This document shows, piece by piece, positions 62,562 to 64,000 of a DNA stretch of 64,000 bases. Both the position numbers and the translations under genes were made by a program. Where the stretch lies: the NCBI GenBank assembly GCA_009392915.1, contig CP045477.1:736001-800000 (forward strand). Reading direction: 5' to 3'. The notes under the pieces were generated by a model. It had not been told where the DNA came from. It saw only the letters and a list, made by a program, of their open reading frames with translations, and did not search any database. Source of the stretch: Candidatus Forterrea multitransposorum CG_2015-17_Forterrea_25_41 (GTDB taxonomy: Archaea > Iainarchaeota > Iainarchaeia > Iainarchaeales > CSSED10-239). Numbering within the stretch: position 1 is the first letter of the stretch; the number at the start of each line of letters is the position of its first letter.

Positions 62562-63755
62562 ATGTTGTTTCTAATTAAAATCAAAAGGTTTTTATTCTTT
62601 TTAAATAATGTTTTATGTATGATTTCTTTAAATTATAAATCTATCTCACCTTTAATTTCTGTAATTTTATTAATTGTTGTATCTATTGCTTTTATAGGTG
62701 TAATTACCAATTGGAGTAAAAGTTTTGTTATAACGAATTCAGAAAAAGTAGATTTAATAAAAACAAATAATTCTTTAGATCAATTTATTGTTATAGATTC
62801 TTTTTATGATTCTGAAGAAAATTCAAGTATTATTTTAAAAAATAACGCTAATAAAAATATTGTGCTTGAAAATTATAAATTTATAAACGGGGAAGGTGAG
62901 TTTTATAATCAAGAATTTGTAATTTCTGGAGATGATGTTTTAAATAAAGGTAATTTATTAAAAATAGATTTAATTTGCTTTCCATCAAATAATTTAGATA
63001 TTCTTTTTAAAACAACAGATGGAGATTATTTTAAAGTTAATTTAAAAAAATCTATTTTAAATATAAATTATTGTCATAATGATTTTAAAAATCAAAAAGT
63101 ATATTCTTTTGAAGAATTGTTAGAAAAGAATCTTTTAGATGTAAATAGTTATTATTTAGATGTAAATGGAGATTTAAATTTACCTGAAATAGATGATTTT
63201 ATTATAAAAACAAAATTTAAATTAGATTCAGTCTCTGGCTATCAAACATTAATTTCATATAAATATTCTGGTGTTTCAGGTTATGGTTCAGGACAAAGAG
63301 GTGGATTTAAATTTATGGTTCTTCCAAGCGGTAATTTTGCAATTGTAGGTAGTCAAAATGGTGGTTCTTTATGGTGGGGTTATTCTGGAGGAGATCCTGG
63401 ACAAACACCCCCTTTAGTTTCAAATAAGTATTATGATTTAATTTATCATAAAAATGGTCGTTTAATTAATTTGTGTCTTAAAGATAATATAGATTATAAT
63501 TCTTTTTTTTGTAACGAACCTTGGTATTATCCTTATTATGATATTACAAACATCTATTATAGTGACAATCCAACATATAATTATAAATCAATAATTGGTG
63601 CTACAAATTATGGTTTAGAAAATACTTTTTTAGATTATTTTAATGGATCTGTTGAATATATTGAATTGTATGAATATTCTGAAGATAATAATATATCTTC
63701 AGTAAACAACCTTCCTTTAAATAATTATATTTTTAAAATAGATTTAACAAAATAA
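62562..63755 (+). CDS. secreted/anchored protein with possible concanavalin/LamG-like beta-sandwich
   Basis: An N-terminal hydrophobic anchor (ISPLISVILLIVVSIAFIGVI) and a Gly/Ser/Tyr/Trp-rich C-terminal half. An alternative start exists at 62619. Confidence 0.35.
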   Translation: MLFLIKIKRFLFFLNNVLCMISLNYKSISPLISVILLIVVSIAFIGVITNWSKSFVITNSEKVDLIKTNNSLDQFIVIDSFYDSEENSSIILKNNANKNIVLENYKFINGEGEFYNQEFVISGDDVLNKGNLLKIDLICFPSNNLDILFKTTDGDYFKVNLKKSILNINYCHNDFKNQKVYSFEELLEKNLLDVNSYYLDVNGDLNLPEIDDFIIKTKFKLDSVSGYQTLISYKYSGVSGYGSGQRGGFKFMVLPSGNFAIVGSQNGGSLWWGYSGGDPGQTPPLVSNKYYDLIYHKNGRLINLCLKDNIDYNSFFCNEPWYYPYYDITNIYYSDNPTYNYKSIIGATNYGLENTFLDYFNGSVEYIELYEYSEDNNISSVNNLPLNNYIFKIDLTK

Positions 63756-63762
63756 GTTTAAT

Positions 63763-63987
63763 TTAAAATTTTTTATCTAAAATTTCTTTTAAAGTGATGT
63801 TTGGGTACCCTTCCATTTTTCCACCAAAACTTGGGTAGACTAATATTTTTTTATCAGGGTTTTCATCCATTAGTTTTTCTATGATTTTTTTTTGTTCATC
63901 ATAAGATTGATGTTGGTTAAATAAAAAGATGATTACATTTGCAAGTGTTTTTATTGCAACAACAGCTTGTTTTTCAATAAAGTTCAT
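63763..63987 (-). CDS. hypothetical protein
   Basis: 74 aa ORF near the window end. No motif recognised. Confidence 0.25.
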   Translation of the reverse strand: MNFIEKQAVVAIKTLANVIIFLFNQHQSYDEQKKIIEKLMDENPDKKILVYPSFGGKMEGYPNITLKEILDKKF

Positions 63988-64000
63988 GTCTTTAAAATCT

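Overview
This is a visibly AT-rich, gene-dense chromosomal segment that appears archaeal (most consistent with a small-genome DPANN-type archaeon).

Archaeal assignment rests on these genes read directly from the ORF translations:
- DNA polymerase D DP2 and DP1
- RFC small subunit
- TFE alpha
- aTrm56
- Elp3
- EF-1alpha followed by ribosomal protein S10
- an initiator tRNA with an A1:U72 pair
- several proteins with class III (type IV pilin) signal peptides

The housekeeping content comprises:
- RtcB (partial)
- PRPP synthetase
- a grpE-dnaK-dnaJ operon
- a JAMM protease
- an SDR oxidoreductase
- a MiaB-like methylthiotransferase
- Lrp/AsnC
- type IA topoisomerase
- Cdc48
- dUTPase
- class II (B12-dependent) ribonucleotide reductase next to a corrinoid adenosyltransferase
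- a XerA-like tyrosine recombinase
- MutS and MutL
- Taw3
- an SPFH protein
- a truncated NFACT-N (Rqc2/NEMF-like) protein

Four tRNA genes are present: initiator tRNA-Met, two tRNA-Lys and tRNA-Phe.

The main accessory system is a roughly 9 kb minus-strand type IV pilus (Tad/Epd-like) locus at about 8.3-16.9 kb. It contains a FlaI/PilB-family ATPase, two GspF/TadC-like platform proteins, six small pilin-like genes and a prepilin peptidase with a C-terminal extension. One of the pilin genes is too short for the ORF track.

A second accessory region lies at 41.8-49.5 kb and encodes two membrane-anchored surface proteins, one of them a 1162-aa coiled-coil giant.

Between a XerA-like recombinase and the initiator tRNA there is a striking array of 8-bp palindromes (GTAATTAC) spaced about 21 or 30-32 bp apart. 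The array brackets a small N-rich ORF with a putative C-terminal winged helix. I could not assign it a function from sequence alone.

I saw no CRISPR array, rRNA, intein or unambiguous mobile element. All product calls are from motif recognition by eye; no database search was run.
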